In this document: one piece after another, positions 28,149 through 40,366 of the stretch
How positions within the stretch are numbered: position 1 is the first letter of the stretch
Layout of the letters: each line of letters opens with the position of its first letter
Notes under the pieces: model-generated
Database searches by the model: none
Told to the model about the DNA's origin: nothing
The model's input: the letters and a program-made list of their open reading frames with translations, nothing else
Program-made: the position numbers and the translations under genes
Origin: an uncultured Methanosarcinales archaeon
GTDB taxonomy: Archaea > Nanobdellota > Nanobdellia > Woesearchaeales > UBA583
Length of the DNA: 58,414 nucleotides
Direction of reading: 5' to 3'
Assembly (NCBI GenBank): GCA_964562045.1
Contig: CAZLRR010000002.1
Location: forward strand, 1-58,414

Positions 28149-28264
28149 ACTTTTTTTTAAATTAATTATCTAAGATTTGGGTAGCCATTCTTAGAAGGTT
28201 TTTTTAGTTTTGATCCGAAAGGGCCTTGACAAAGTCATGCCGAAAAACTGAGCGAAAATGAAAA

Positions 28265-29227
28265 ATGGCTAATGAAAAAAAAGAGTTAACTATATCTGAT
28301 TTACCGGGAGTAGGTCCAACTACTGCAGAGAAATTGTCTGCTGCAGGTATTGATAGTCTTCTATCTATTGCTGTGTGTTCTGTAGGTACCTTGGTTGAAC
28401 TTGCAGGAGTTTCTGAAAATGTTGCACGTAAAATGATTCAAGCAGCAAGAGGAATGCTTGATATGGGATTTGAAACTGCAGATAAAATTTTGGAGAAAAG
28501 ACAATCTGTAAATAAAATTAAAACGGGCAGCTCTGCTTTTGATGAAATGATGGGCGGAGGTTTTGAAACTGGAGCAATTACTGAATGTTTTGGTGAGTTC
28601 GGTTCTGGAAAAACTCAGGTTGGACATCAACTTGCTGTTGCAGTTCAAATGCCTCCAGAACAAGGAGGTTTGGGAAAGAAAGTAATTTATATTGATACTG
28701 AAAATACCTTCAGGCCAGAGAGAATTATACAGATGTCAGAAGGTTTAGGACTTGACCCTGATGTAGCTTTAAAAAATATTAAAATTGCAAGAGCATATAA
28801 TTCTGACCATCAAATGCTTTTGGCCGAGAAGGCTGAAGATTTGCTTAAAGGTGAAGAGTATGGTGTTGTTGTTGTAGATTCTTTGACGGCGCACTTTAGG
28901 GCAGAATTTATAGGTAGGGGAACATTGTCCGAAAGACAGCAGAAACTAAATAAACATATGCATCAGCTTTTGAAAATTGCTGACATGTATAATGTTGCAG
29001 TTATTGTGACAAACCAAGTTATGTCAAAACCAAATGTTATGTTTGGTGATCCAACACAGGCAATTGGGGGACATATTGTTGGACACAGTTCAACATTTAG
29101 AATTTATTTAAGAAAAGGTAAGAAAGGTTCAAGAGTTGGTAAACTTGTTGATAGTCCAAACTTGCCTGAGAATGAGTGTGTATTTTATGTGAATTCAAGT
29201 GGTCTTTCTGATGAAGAGAAAGACTAA
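28265..29227 (+). CDS. radA: DNA repair and recombination protein RadA
   Basis: It has an N-terminal HhH ([17 protein letters not shown]), Walker [10 protein letters not shown] and Walker B VVVVDS. Confidence 0.95.
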   Translation: MANEKKELTISDLPGVGPTTAEKLSAAGIDSLLSIAVCSVGTLVELAGVSENVARKMIQAARGMLDMGFETADKILEKRQSVNKIKTGSSAFDEMMGGGFETGAITECFGEFGSGKTQVGHQLAVAVQMPPEQGGLGKKVIYIDTENTFRPERIIQMSEGLGLDPDVALKNIKIARAYNSDHQMLLAEKAEDLLKGEEYGVVVVDSLTAHFRAEFIGRGTLSERQQKLNKHMHQLLKIADMYNVAVIVTNQVMSKPNVMFGDPTQAIGGHIVGHSSTFRIYLRKGKKGSRVGKLVDSPNLPENECVFYVNSSGLSDEEKD

Positions 29228-29284
29228 GTGTCTATATATAAAATAACAATTATTTTTAAAAAGAAAATTTTTTTAAAATTTAAA

Positions 29285-29521
29285 ATGAATGTAATAGAAA
29301 AAAAAGCAAAACTTGCAGATTTGATTGAAGAATATATTGCAAATTCAAATAAAGAGTCAGAACTTCTTTCATATATTGCTGAACTCAGAGAAGATCCCGA
29401 TTTTAATGATAAGAAATTATTCAAAGATATTTTTGATGAGCTTATGAATGATTTACCTAATTTACCAAGAAAATATCTTAAACAAATTGCAGCAATAATA
29501 AGAGATTTTAATGATTTCTAG
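29285..29521 (+). CDS. Small acidic hypothetical protein (78 aa)
   Basis: The start is the ATG at 29285, because the ORF-track start at 29228 is GTG. I recognised no motif. Confidence 0.4.
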   Translation: MNVIEKKAKLADLIEEYIANSNKESELLSYIAELREDPDFNDKKLFKDIFDELMNDLPNLPRKYLKQIAAIIRDFNDF

Positions 29522-29542
29522 TTTAATTAGAAAGAGTTTTAA

Positions 29543-32047
29543 TCATTCCATATTAAAATTTTCATCAAGAACAATTTCTTCTTCGTTTTGGTTCAAGCTA
29601 TGTTCTCTCTCATATTCCTTTTCAAGTTGAATATGCCTATATCTTCTAATTATGAAAAGGATTGCAAATAATGTAAATATTCCAATTCCAAACCACATCC
29701 AGAAGCCATTTGTTCTATCTCCTGCAGACATCGGCATAATTGAATTTGTTATTTCTATTTTCTTTGAGTATCCTGAATCAGATTTTAATATTGCATAAGC
29801 AGTTTTATTTGTCATCATTTCAATTGCCTCAGGACTTGTTATTCTAAAGTAAATTTCTCTTGTATCGCCTTTTGCAATTATTTTCTGATTTTCAACAGGC
29901 TGGAGAAAGTTTGATAATTCTCCTTGGAGTTCAATAGTGATAATTTGTTTTTCTTCTCCGATGTTTGTAATTGTCACATAAAAATCATTAGTGTCAATTA
30001 TTTCAAGTTTTTCTGATTCTGATTCAAATGTTGGTTCAATTTTTTCAATATTCAAAATTCCTTCTATCTCAAAACTATTTTCTTCTGCTCCACAAACAAA
30101 GTTAATATTTTGAGATCCGGAGGCACTTTCTGGATTGTTAATAGTTATTTTTTGAGTTGTATGAGTTATATTTGTTTTCTCTTTTTCTTTAGTAAAAGGA
30201 TTTACGTATTCACATTCAAAATTAAACTCTGATGAACTTGTATTCCATATAGGGATATCAAGATTTCCAAAATCTTCAGAGATTGAATAGTTTTTATCAA
30301 AGTTAATTTCAAAAGGTTGTTTTGATGAAATGATTACTGGCATTTTTACAAGTTCAAGCTCTTTATTTTTTTCATCATATCCTTTCAAATACATAAATCC
30401 TGCTTTTCTTCCAAAAAAATCTTCATTAACATTTACTTCTAGGTTAACTTCATCTTCTCCAACAATATTGTCTAGATATTGGTCGTAAGAAAGATGTTTA
30501 TTAAGTTCTTCATCGAATTCAACTCTAAGGTTTTTGATGTTGTAAATCGTAGGATTTTTTATTTTGAATGATGTTGTATCAACAATTTTATTTGGCGTTG
30601 AAATTTGTAAGTATGGGTTTAGGTTTTCTTTGATTGCAAGATATGCTAGTGCATTTTTTTCGGTGCTTCCCCAACCGAAACTTGGTTCGTTGTAGTAAAT
30701 CCATTTTTTTCCATCTTCAAGATTTTCCGAATCTGAGTTTAATTCTTCTAGGCCCTGAATTGCCCAAGAAGTGTCTAAGATTTTGTCATATTTGGAGTTT
30801 TTAGTTCCCCATGAACCATCATTATTTTGTTTATATTTTAAATATTGTGTAATTTCTTTGTCTGAGTTTTCTAGAAGGTAAATCCCCATATGTGAGTAAG
30901 AAGTAGGGGAGTAAAGATATGTTTGGCTATTTGAGGTTATTTTTCTTGCATCAATATATTGTTTTAGCTTTGCATAATCTTCAAAACTTGATCCATATGT
31001 GAAAATCGCATTTAATGTTGCTTCATAATTACAAATTTCATTTTGTCCAATACATTTGAAATTTTCTTGTTCGTGTGTGAATCCGTCTGTATTTTCATAA
31101 ACTTTTGTGTTTTGGTAGTTGTAATCATCGTGATATATATTTAATGTTATTTTATCTATGTTTCTGTTACATTTCATTATTATTTCATTATTAAAGTCGT
31201 CATCGAAGAAATAATCATTATCGTCAAAATTTTCTGTGTTAACGTCTCCATCAATTGTAATATCACAATCAGCATCTACTTCATCTATGTCTCCATCTTC
31301 ATCTTTTTCTTCCCATGTGTCTGAAAGCGTTATTTCGAATTCGTAGTCGTTTGCTTCAATATTTTGTATATATTTTTCAAGATAAGTTTGTCCATCAGAG
31401 ATTAGCCTACTTTCGTCATCGTATTCTATTAGTTTTAGGTTTCTTAAAATTTGGCTTGTTTCAAGAAGTGAACACGCATTTGCTGGCCAACACTTATTTT
31501 GGTTGTTTCTTTTGTTTTTTAGAGCATCGTATAGTTCTTCGCTTTCTTTATTATTTTTTCCCGAAATATCTGTTTGAACAATTAAAACGGAACTAATATC
31601 AATTGGGTCGAGAAGTTTTGGGTCTTTACCTAGTAGTTGATTTATTAACCTTGATTGTTTAGATTGAGTAAATGTTCTTTTTTGTGTTTTTAAGATTCCT
31701 TCTTTATTATAATCTATATTTAATGAAAAGTCCGAACATTCAAGATTTTCGAGTTCAAAATTGGAGATATAACAGATTTCGTTTGAGTTTTTTTCAAATA
31801 GTTCAATTTCTAAATCTTGTGTTAGATTCGTATCACATTTTAATTTTGCAGTAATATTTTTTGCTTTTATGTCTGTACAAAATTTAAATGAAAGGTATTC
31901 TTCAGGTAGATAATGTATGTCATCAAGTTCTTTTTTCTGTTCATTGAAGTATTTTGGTGAAAAAATCTCCAGTGAGTCTCCTGCAGCAATAATGCTTGTT
32001 GAATATAACAATGCCAGTATTAACAAAAAATATTTTTTAAGATTCAT
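29543..32047 (-). CDS. Large secreted, C-terminally membrane-anchored surface protein with a terpenoid-cyclase/prenyltransferase-like repeat
   Basis: It has an N-terminal signal peptide (LLILALLYSTSIIAAG), a QNNDGSWG repeat motif, and a C-terminal TM followed by a basic stop-transfer sequence (FGIGIFTLFAILFIIRRYRH). Confidence 0.6.
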   Translation of the reverse strand: MNLKKYFLLILALLYSTSIIAAGDSLEIFSPKYFNEQKKELDDIHYLPEEYLSFKFCTDIKAKNITAKLKCDTNLTQDLEIELFEKNSNEICYISNFELENLECSDFSLNIDYNKEGILKTQKRTFTQSKQSRLINQLLGKDPKLLDPIDISSVLIVQTDISGKNNKESEELYDALKNKRNNQNKCWPANACSLLETSQILRNLKLIEYDDESRLISDGQTYLEKYIQNIEANDYEFEITLSDTWEEKDEDGDIDEVDADCDITIDGDVNTENFDDNDYFFDDDFNNEIIMKCNRNIDKITLNIYHDDYNYQNTKVYENTDGFTHEQENFKCIGQNEICNYEATLNAIFTYGSSFEDYAKLKQYIDARKITSNSQTYLYSPTSYSHMGIYLLENSDKEITQYLKYKQNNDGSWGTKNSKYDKILDTSWAIQGLEELNSDSENLEDGKKWIYYNEPSFGWGSTEKNALAYLAIKENLNPYLQISTPNKIVDTTSFKIKNPTIYNIKNLRVEFDEELNKHLSYDQYLDNIVGEDEVNLEVNVNEDFFGRKAGFMYLKGYDEKNKELELVKMPVIISSKQPFEINFDKNYSISEDFGNLDIPIWNTSSSEFNFECEYVNPFTKEKEKTNITHTTQKITINNPESASGSQNINFVCGAEENSFEIEGILNIEKIEPTFESESEKLEIIDTNDFYVTITNIGEEKQIITIELQGELSNFLQPVENQKIIAKGDTREIYFRITSPEAIEMMTNKTAYAILKSDSGYSKKIEITNSIMPMSAGDRTNGFWMWFGIGIFTLFAILFIIRRYRHIQLEKEYEREHSLNQNEEEIVLDENFNME

Positions 32048-32153
32048 TAATATTATTTTTAACTAATAGTTTTATCATATTTTGTAATTCCTCAATTATA
32101 ATGAAATTAAATTTTCGCGATAAGTTTTTAAAGATGAGTTAAGTTTAAATGTT

Positions 32154-33056
32154 ATGAAATTGAGGAAAAAAGAAAAAGCTAATAGTAATTTTTATGTTTT
32201 ACATTACAAGAAATTTTTGTTGTTGCCTTTGTTTTTAGTTATTTTGGCAGGGGTTTTTATTTCAAACGCAGTTTCAGAGGATGGAACTCCAATTTATCGA
32301 GACATTTCACTAAAAGGTGGACTTTCTGCGGTTATTACTACAGATTCCGAAGTTTCGGTTCAAGAATTTAAGACAGATTTACAGAAGAATTTCCCTCAAA
32401 ATTCTTTTGCGGTTTCTGAAATTTTTGAAGATGGACAAAGAACAGGATTTATTGTTGATACGGATTTGGGCGACAGGGAAATGTTTGAGTTTGTAGGTGA
32501 ATATTTCGAAAAAGAATTTGTTTCTGGAGATGATTATGTGTCAAATTTTATTAGTCCTTCTTTATCTTCGGCCTTTTTTCAGGACGCCGTTAAAGTTTTA
32601 ATTGTTTCTTTTGTTTTGATGTCTTTAGTAGTTTTTTTATATTTCAGAGAAAAAGTTCCTGCGGGTCTTGTTATTCTTTCTGCACTTTTTGATTTAATTG
32701 TTACCATAGGAGTATTGAATTTTTTGAGGTTTGAGGTTTCAGTTGCGGGAGTTGGTGCTCTTTTGATGCTTATTGGTTATTCGGTTGATACAGATGTTTT
32801 GTTAACTAATAGGATGGTTAAAGAAAAAGATTATCATACTCCTTTGGTTGAGAAGTTAAGTTCGGCGTGGAAAACTGGAACTTTGATGACTTTTACAACT
32901 TTAGCTGCTGCACTTACTGCGATTTTCTTAACAAATTCAGAAATTATTTTTGAAATTTCTTTTATCATTGTTATTGGTCTTATTGTTGATTATGTTTCAA
33001 CTTGGGGCTCTAATGCAGGTTTTCTATATTTGTGGCTTGAAAAGAAGAATCAATAA
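32154..33056 (+). CDS. secF: Protein-export membrane protein SecF
   Basis: It is 300 aa, with one N-terminal TM, a periplasmic domain and 5 C-terminal TM helices with an RND-like pattern (GYSVDTDVLL). Confidence 0.75.
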   Translation: MKLRKKEKANSNFYVLHYKKFLLLPLFLVILAGVFISNAVSEDGTPIYRDISLKGGLSAVITTDSEVSVQEFKTDLQKNFPQNSFAVSEIFEDGQRTGFIVDTDLGDREMFEFVGEYFEKEFVSGDDYVSNFISPSLSSAFFQDAVKVLIVSFVLMSLVVFLYFREKVPAGLVILSALFDLIVTIGVLNFLRFEVSVAGVGALLMLIGYSVDTDVLLTNRMVKEKDYHTPLVEKLSSAWKTGTLMTFTTLAAALTAIFLTNSEIIFEISFIIVIGLIVDYVSTWGSNAGFLYLWLEKKNQ

Positions 33057-33146
33057 TTTTTGTTCTTTTTCATTATTTCTTCGTTATATGATTGCCTTAT
33101 GCATGTAAACTACACTTAGTAATCAAATGCCTTGAAATGCCTCGAA
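33057..33146 (+). repeat. R2 post-stop-codon element, copy 1 (after secF)
   Basis: The conserved blocks tatttcttcgtt (33074-33085), ttatg and aatcaaatgcct (33121-33132) are shared with 41632-41710 and 51403-51480(-). Confidence 0.75.
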
Positions 33147-33194
33147 TTAATTAAAATAATTAAAATTTATAAATTTGGGGATTTATATCTATTT

Positions 33195-33500
33195 ATGTTG
33201 AAAAGAACATTTCTTGAATTTATTTTTTGGACTTGGTGTTTGCCACAATCTTTATTGGGTTTATTATTAATTTTTTTAGTATTAACAAATATTTTTGTAG
33301 GGACAAATATTCATAAAAAAGTTACATTAATTATAGTTAAAAAAAGATTTTTTCTTGCTGGCTTGTCTTTAGGAAAATACATTTTTATTAACGAATCCAG
33401 ATTTAATCAAAAGTTAATAAAACATGAATATGGCCATACAATTCAGAACTATATTTTGGGGCCCTTTTATTTGCCAGTATTGATTTTGCCTTCAATTTAA
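33195..33500 (+). CDS. Small membrane protein with an HExxH motif (putative membrane metalloprotease-like)
   Basis: KHEYGHTIQ contains HEYGH, and there are two TM helices. The ATG at 33195 lies about 25 nt after the TATA aaatttataaat. The TAA stop is followed by 35 in-frame sense codons. Confidence 0.45.
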   Translation: MLKRTFLEFIFWTWCLPQSLLGLLLIFLVLTNIFVGTNIHKKVTLIIVKKRFFLAGLSLGKYIFINESRFNQKLIKHEYGHTIQNYILGPFYLPVLILPSI

Positions 33501-33604
33501 GGAGTTTTAAGGTATAAATTCGATAAAAATTTCAGTAGAAAAGATTATCAGAATATTTTTACAGAAAGGTGGGCAGACAAGTTATCAGGAATAAAAAGAA
33601 ATAT

Positions 33605-35548
<1,944 letters not shown>

Positions 35549-35630
35549 TTAATAATATATAATAAAATTGTCTTTCGTCACTTTAAAAAGGTTAGAAATT
35601 TCTTTATAAATAATTTAAATTAATTTACTT

Positions 35631-35969
35631 ATGTTAGAAAAACAAGAACACCATAAGAAGTCAGAATTTACGCTGATAGATTCATCAGTTATTAATCTGA
35701 TTGTTGAAAAAACCAAGTTAAATAAAGAAAAATATAGTATGATACTTTCAAAGACTGTGATTATTTACATTATAATAATTGCTGTGGCTCTTTATTCGAG
35801 CGTTACTGATATAATTTCAAGACAGGTTTTAATTGCTGCACTTGTTGTTGGAACTCTGTTATTATTTGTTGTTTATTTATATGTATTGGAGCACTTCAAT
35901 AAAATGGATAGAGACATTGATGAAGTTGTTTCGCTTCTACAAACAAAAGCTTTTATGAAAAAAAAGTAA
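35631..35969 (+). CDS. Small membrane protein (two TM helices)
   Basis: A 112-aa ORF with an ATG start and hydrophobic segments. Confidence 0.5.
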   Translation: MLEKQEHHKKSEFTLIDSSVINLIVEKTKLNKEKYSMILSKTVIIYIIIIAVALYSSVTDIISRQVLIAALVVGTLLLFVVYLYVLEHFNKMDRDIDEVVSLLQTKAFMKKK

Positions 35970-35973
35970 ATTT

Positions 35974-36477
35974 CTAATTCTTTTCACAGACAAAAATCAA
36001 ATCTTTTTCTTCTTCAATTTGTTTCAAGATATTAAAATTCTCTTCAAGTAATTTTACTATTTTTTCAGCCTTAGAACTCATTTTCAGAAAACTTAGAATT
36101 ATCGTTCCACCAGAACTTAAAACTCTTTTTATCTCAGAAATCCCCAAATAAACATTAGGCAAATCTTGAAATACAGTAAATGAGCAAATGAAATAAAAAG
36201 AATTATCTCGAAAAGGCAAATTCAAAATAGAACCACAAACTTTTTTATGATTAGAATTTAATTTTAAAAGTTCAAAACTCAAATCGAAAGAAATCAAATT
36301 TGAGCAAAAATCATTTAAAACACCACCCCCACAACCAAGATCTAAAATTAATGAATTATTTGGTAAAAATTCTCTAACAAGGTTAATTTTTTTAATTTGT
36401 TCATTGTAATATAATTCAAAATATCCTGGTGCAATCCCATTATAATAATTTTTTGTTTTCAGAATCTCTTTTTTCAT
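35974..36477 (-). CDS. Class I SAM-dependent methyltransferase
   Basis: It has the SAM-binding motif I, ILDLGCGGG. I placed the start at the internal ATG 36477, which removes the overlap with secD. Confidence 0.7.
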   Translation of the reverse strand: MKKEILKTKNYYNGIAPGYFELYYNEQIKKINLVREFLPNNSLILDLGCGGGVLNDFCSNLISFDLSFELLKLNSNHKKVCGSILNLPFRDNSFYFICSFTVFQDLPNVYLGISEIKRVLSSGGTIILSFLKMSSKAEKIVKLLEENFNILKQIEEEKDLIFVCEKN

Positions 36478-36529
36478 TATTAATAATATTCTACAAAACT
36501 TTATAAAACTTTTATAGTTTAATTTTTCT

Positions 36530-38155
36530 ATGAAGGATAGTATAGGTACTAAGATTATTGACATTATGAAAAGTTTTAGGGTTTGGCTTTTATTGTTTTT
36601 TATAGTGATAAGTTTGTTTGCAGTTAATTTTTCTTTCGGAGAGAGAGGAGTAGTAATAAATGGTATCGTTCCGGGATCTCAAGCAGAAAAAGCTGGGATT
36701 TCATTTGATTCAAAAACGAGTTTAAAAGCACTTGAAGAAGTAGTTTCTATTAATGGAGAGAGAGTTGATTCTGTGGAAGAGTTTTATAATTTGGTTTCAA
36801 GTCTGGAATACAATAAAAGTTTTACATTGACTACAGAGAAAGAATCTTACGATATTTTTTTGCCAGCTTTAGGAGAAAATGCTACAAAGTCTGAAATAAT
36901 TGGAATCTCAGTTAGAGAAGAGCCGGCATCAAACATTCAATTAGGAATTGAACTTGAAGGGGGGTCTAGATTGATTTTAGAACCTGTCGATAATTTAACA
37001 GATGGTGAGTTTGAATTGTTAAAGAATACGCTCCAGAATAGATTAGATATTTTTGGTGCTTCGGGTACGAAAGTAAGTAAACTTGAGGATGGGTTTTCGG
37101 GTGATAAATTTATTTCTGTTGAGAGTACTTCTTCAAATAAGAATGAGATTTTTGAGCTTATTAAAAGACAGGGAGAATTTGAAGCTAAGATTGGAAATGA
37201 TACTGTTTTTACGGGAGACAACATAAATCGAGTTTTAACAGAGACAAATCTTTTTCAAGGGTGTAGTGGCGGAAATGGACAGGATTATGTTTGTTCTTAT
37301 GCTTTTTCTGTTTCAATTGATGAGGGGGGAGCGGATGCTTTTTTTGAGAAAACTAAAACGCTTGATATTGTAAATAATCAATATTTATCTGAGAAAGTAT
37401 ATTTTTACCTTGATGGGCGAGAAATTACTGGTTTAAATATTGCATCTTCATTTAAATTCCAAAAAGTATCTTCTCCGCAAATTACAGTGAGTGGTGATCC
37501 TTTGCCAGATAAACAAAATGCAATTGAGAGTGCCCAGAAAGAGATGAAGTATTTGCAGGCGATTCTATCGACTCAAAGTTTGCCTTCCGAGTTAGAAGTA
37601 GTTCAAAGTTATTCTATTTCAAGTTCTCAGGGTGAAAAGCTTTTAGAGAATGCATTTATTGTGGGTTTGATTTCACTTTTAGTTGTTGCAGGTATTGTTG
37701 CTTTAAGATATAGACATATTGGAATTTTCATAGGAATTTGTGTTGCTTTAGTTGGGGAAGTTATAATTGTTTTGGGTGCGGCATCATTTTTGAGGGGAAT
37801 GATTACAATTGATTTGGCTGCAATTGGAGGGCTTATTGCGGCTATTGGTTCTGGAGTTGATGATAATGTTATTATCACAGACGAATATTTTAGGAAACGT
37901 AATGAAAAAGTTTCTTCAAGGAAAAAGATTAAGAATGCAATTACTGTTGTTTTGATTGCTTATTCTACAACGGTTGTTGCAATGCTTCCTTTTGCATTTT
38001 CTGTTGCTTTGAGTCTTGTTAAAGGTTTTGCTTTAATGGTTGTTTTGGGTGTTACTGTTGGTGTTTTTATTACAAGGCCTGCATATGCGCAGATTTTGAG
38101 AGTTGTTTTAACTACAAGAAAAGAAAGAAAAGCTGAGGATGAGGATGAAGATTAA
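36530..38155 (+). CDS. secD: Protein-export membrane protein SecD
   Basis: It has an N-terminal TM, a large extracytoplasmic domain, and 5 C-terminal TM helices containing GSGVDDNVIITDE. An alternative start exists at 36566. Confidence 0.75.
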   Translation: MKDSIGTKIIDIMKSFRVWLLLFFIVISLFAVNFSFGERGVVINGIVPGSQAEKAGISFDSKTSLKALEEVVSINGERVDSVEEFYNLVSSLEYNKSFTLTTEKESYDIFLPALGENATKSEIIGISVREEPASNIQLGIELEGGSRLILEPVDNLTDGEFELLKNTLQNRLDIFGASGTKVSKLEDGFSGDKFISVESTSSNKNEIFELIKRQGEFEAKIGNDTVFTGDNINRVLTETNLFQGCSGGNGQDYVCSYAFSVSIDEGGADAFFEKTKTLDIVNNQYLSEKVYFYLDGREITGLNIASSFKFQKVSSPQITVSGDPLPDKQNAIESAQKEMKYLQAILSTQSLPSELEVVQSYSISSSQGEKLLENAFIVGLISLLVVAGIVALRYRHIGIFIGICVALVGEVIIVLGAASFLRGMITIDLAAIGGLIAAIGSGVDDNVIITDEYFRKRNEKVSSRKKIKNAITVVLIAYSTTVVAMLPFAFSVALSLVKGFALMVVLGVTVGVFITRPAYAQILRVVLTTRKERKAEDEDED

Positions 38156-38502
38156 TTTTGTGTTTCAAGGTTTTTTTCCAAATCTCCAATTCTAATTATT
38201 TTTGTTGGTACTTTATTTGATTTTTTAGTTCCATAATAGATTTTTATGGGGTCCATCCCGTGGTTTTCAAGTGCAAAAATAGAAACAAGTAAAGGATGTT
38301 TCATGCTGAGACTATTAACATATTCTCTTGCTTTACCAATAGAAATATCCATTTTACTTAGGTAACATCTTACAATTCTGGCATGGTATTCTAAGCTTTC
38401 TCTTTCTCTTCTTACTTCATATGGAGATCTTACTGGGGTTATAGGACAAGTTTGAATTCCATCCACATCAATTTCATCATCAACAATTGTAAAGGGTGAC
38501 AT
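38152..38502 (-). CDS. Hypothetical protein
   Basis: A 116-aa ORF with an ATG start. I recognised no motif. Confidence 0.45.
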   Translation of the reverse strand: MSPFTIVDDEIDVDGIQTCPITPVRSPYEVRRERESLEYHARIVRCYLSKMDISIGKAREYVNSLSMKHPLLVSIFALENHGMDPIKIYYGTKKSNKVPTKIIRIGDLEKNLETQN

Positions 38503-38623
38503 TTTAATCTTATTAATAAATAAAGTGTATGTTTTTATAAATCTTTTGTTTTGGGATAAATTTTTCGAAAAGAGGATAAATTTTTACTACTATCTTTATA
38601 AAGAAATTTTGATACAAGATATT

Positions 38624-39385
38624 ATGTATATTGATATTCATGCTCATTTGGATTTTGATTCTTTTGATTCTGATAGAGAAAAACTGGTAAAGGAGCTTGA
38701 AATGAAGAAAATTTTAACTTTTACAAATACTTTGAGTTTTGAAAATTATTTGAAAACTAAAGAAATGTTTAGTGGCGTGGATTGTGTCAAGGTCTGTCCG
38801 GGTTTATATCCGCAGGAAGCAGAGAGCATTAGCGAAAAAGAGTTTGAAGATTATTTGAAATATTTAAAAAAGCACAAATCGGAGTTTCTGGCAATTGGTG
38901 AAGTTGGTGTTGATTTTAAACATACAAAGGATAAGGGTTTGCAAAATGTTCAAGTTGAAAGATTTAAGAAGATTGCCAATCTTGCATATGAATTAGATAA
39001 ACCTTTAATTATTCATTCTAGAAAGGCTGAAAGAGAAGTTTTGGAGATTTTGGAAGAGTTTATTTCAAAAACTAAGTTTTCAAAATTTGTTTTACATTGT
39101 TTTAGTGGAAAGAAAAAATTAATAAAGAAAATCAAAGAACTAAAGTTATACGTATCAATTCCTTTGTTAATTCAGAACACCGAAAGTTTTCGTATATTGG
39201 TTGAGGAGTTGCCAGTAAATCAGATCTTAGTTGAGACTGACAGTCCATTTTTAAAACCAGGCAGAGAGAGGAACACGCCTTTGAGTGTGCCTTTAATATA
39301 TGAGGAAATTGCCAAAATTAAGGGCTTGGATAATACTGAAATTAAAAACATTATTTTCAGGAACTATCAGAGGTTGACGCTTTAA
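38624..39385 (+). CDS. TatD-family metal-dependent hydrolase/DNase
   Basis: It has IDIHAHLDF, HCFSG and ETDSPFL. I placed the start at ATG 38624. Confidence 0.85.
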   Translation: MYIDIHAHLDFDSFDSDREKLVKELEMKKILTFTNTLSFENYLKTKEMFSGVDCVKVCPGLYPQEAESISEKEFEDYLKYLKKHKSEFLAIGEVGVDFKHTKDKGLQNVQVERFKKIANLAYELDKPLIIHSRKAEREVLEILEEFISKTKFSKFVLHCFSGKKKLIKKIKELKLYVSIPLLIQNTESFRILVEELPVNQILVETDSPFLKPGRERNTPLSVPLIYEEIAKIKGLDNTEIKNIIFRNYQRLTL

Positions 39386-39430
39386 TTAAGAACAAACCAC
39401 GATATTGAATTAGTTACAAAGTATTAGAAA

Positions 39431-40129
39431 ATGACAATAGAATTAAAATTTATGCCGGAGAAATCCGAGTCAGAAGAATTAAGGTCCAAGTTATTTGGAA
39501 TATTTGAAGACAGAAATAAAGCTGTTGCAAAATGGTTTGGCGTTGAGCCTAAAAATCCAAAAATTAATGTTTGTGTTTCAAAAGGTATGGTTGCATCTAA
39601 AATTGATCCGGGGGCTCAAGGTCTTGGGACTTTTGCGGGTTATTCGTCAATGTTTGATGAAATTTTTATTGTAAATCCTATTGGGGTTGCTCCAATTTTT
39701 GGGGATAATTTAGATAAGCAAATTTTGATTTTTATTGATTATTGTTTTGTGAAATATTATCTGAAACAAATTTATTTTCCTGAGCAGAAAGATTTCAAGC
39801 TTTATCACAAATATGTTTCTGATGCTCTTGCAAAAGTAGTTTCTGGCAATTATCAAAGCGAGATTGTGAAAAATAACGTTAAATATGGATTTGGAATTAG
39901 ACCCTTTAAGAAAGATCAAGAACTTGAAATTGTATTTCATATAATGCTTGAGAAATCAGGTTTGAATTATATTTTTGAGCATTTGCCAAAGATAATGGAA
40001 GATTTAGATATAAAGAAAACAATATTTACGATATATAAGAAGAGTTTTAATGATTTAGTTGGCCAGTTTAAGAAAGAAATGGATGATTATGAGAAAGAAA
40101 TGAAGCTTAAAGTTGGCAGAAGAAGATAA
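39431..40129 (+). CDS. Hypothetical protein
   Basis: A 232-aa ORF with an ATG start. I recognised no motif. Confidence 0.5.
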   Translation: MTIELKFMPEKSESEELRSKLFGIFEDRNKAVAKWFGVEPKNPKINVCVSKGMVASKIDPGAQGLGTFAGYSSMFDEIFIVNPIGVAPIFGDNLDKQILIFIDYCFVKYYLKQIYFPEQKDFKLYHKYVSDALAKVVSGNYQSEIVKNNVKYGFGIRPFKKDQELEIVFHIMLEKSGLNYIFEHLPKIMEDLDIKKTIFTIYKKSFNDLVGQFKKEMDDYEKEMKLKVGRRR

Positions 40130-40366
40130 ATATTTTAATTAAAACAGCTTTGATCGTATTATGTTATTTCAAGAAATCCTCGATTTCTAAGCCTTGATGT
40201 GATTTTCACATAAAGTTTTAAAAAATTGATTTTTCCCAAACCCCAAAATTTTCAACTTTCAATTTAAAATTTTCGTCCGAATTTAGACTAAGAAATAAAT
40301 TTCATAAGTTTCCAAACAAAGCCTTTAAAACGCAATGTTTATAAATTTTATAATTCTGTTATAATT

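Noticed and set aside
36530-36564. The apparent 35-nt head-to-head overlap between the methyltransferase ORF (to 36564) and secD (from 36530).
   Set aside because: The overlap disappears when the methyltransferase starts at the internal ATG 36477 (MKKEILK...). That leaves a 52-bp divergent promoter region containing ctttataaaac and tttatag.
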